Positions 63,821 through 64,000 of a DNA stretch of 64,000 nt are shown here, piece after piece. Under the pieces are notes generated by a model. That model was not told the origin of the DNA. It saw nothing but the letters and a program-made list of their open reading frames with translations, and searched no databases. Location of the stretch: positions 319,116-383,115 of the forward strand of contig CP070820.1 in assembly GCA_020344315.1 (NCBI GenBank), read 5' to 3'. Every line of letters starts with the position of its first letter. Position 1 is the first letter of the stretch. The translations under genes were made by a program, and so were the position numbers. The stretch is from Candidatus Bathyarchaeum sp. (GTDB lineage: Archaea > Thermoproteota > Bathyarchaeia > Bathyarchaeales > Bathyarchaeaceae).

Positions 63821-64000
63821 TGTCCTTCATTATTGTAATTATGACAGCCCCAAACAAGCAAGAAGCCGTAAACATAGTTCATTCCCTGCTAGAGGAGAGG
63901 CTAATCGCCTGCGCCAACATATTGGACCCTGTTCACTCCCTCTTCTGGTGGAAAGGAAAGATAGAGGAAGAAAAAGAGGTTATGATTCTCATGAAGTCCC
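63821..64000 (+). CDS. cutA: Divalent-cation tolerance protein CutA (5' partial, runs off the window)
   Basis: IIVIMTAPNKQEA..I...LLEERL.ACANI...V.S.FWWKGKIEE..EV..LMKS is the CutA1 signature. Confidence 0.8.

Overview
This window looks like a gene-dense archaeal chromosomal segment. It has no rRNA, CRISPR array, transposase or integrase. The gene content suggests a TACK/Thermoproteota, Bathyarchaeia-like anaerobe, but that is inference from gene content, not a database search. The supporting genes are: a complete Cdv (ESCRT-III/Vps4/CdvA) division operon (7.5-11.0 kb); a compact archaeal-type CODH/acetyl-CoA synthase operon cdhABCDE (19.8-26.8 kb); PEF-CTERM sorting signals; ribosomal protein L38e; short XPF; archaeosine TGT; pantoate kinase plus archaeal PPAT; RNase J and aCPSF2; and a methanogen-type thymidylate synthase.

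The rest is housekeeping: a serine pathway pair, GlmM/GlmU-like genes, aminotransferases, RNase HII, a PAC2 chaperone, MobB, MntP, an MFS transporter, a CPA2 antiporter, and partial CutA at the 3' edge.

Observations worth a second look:
1. An RNA polymerase subunit H gene carries an N-terminal domain that aligns by eye with the eukaryotic Rpb5 jaw domain, and it sits outside any rpo operon.
2. A 50-nt 3' portion of tRNA-Gln(UUG) with encoded CCA has no 5' half nearby.
3. A 16-bp palindromic operator, GTCAAG-N4-CTTGAC, occurs three times upstream of a 1057-aa PEF-CTERM beta-helix surface protein. It occurs once more (15/16 match) at the promoter of a NapH-like/NosD-like operon 19 kb away.
4. 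That second locus is a NosZ-less cluster: NapH-like polyferredoxin, NosD-like beta-helix protein, DsbD_2 membrane protein and a MacB/FtsX-type ABC transporter. It is preceded by an ORF absent from the supplied ORF track (49 codons, below its ~60-aa floor), with a basic leader and a C-terminal Cys4 core.
5. A 34-nt element (33/34 identical) plus an identical GTGTAA-N4-TTACAC palindrome lie upstream of two genes 30 kb apart.
6. An AhbD/NirJ-type radical SAM/SPASM enzyme is fused to a ~340-aa N-terminal domain and is divergent from cdhA.

All family assignments come from motif recognition by eye. No searches were run.
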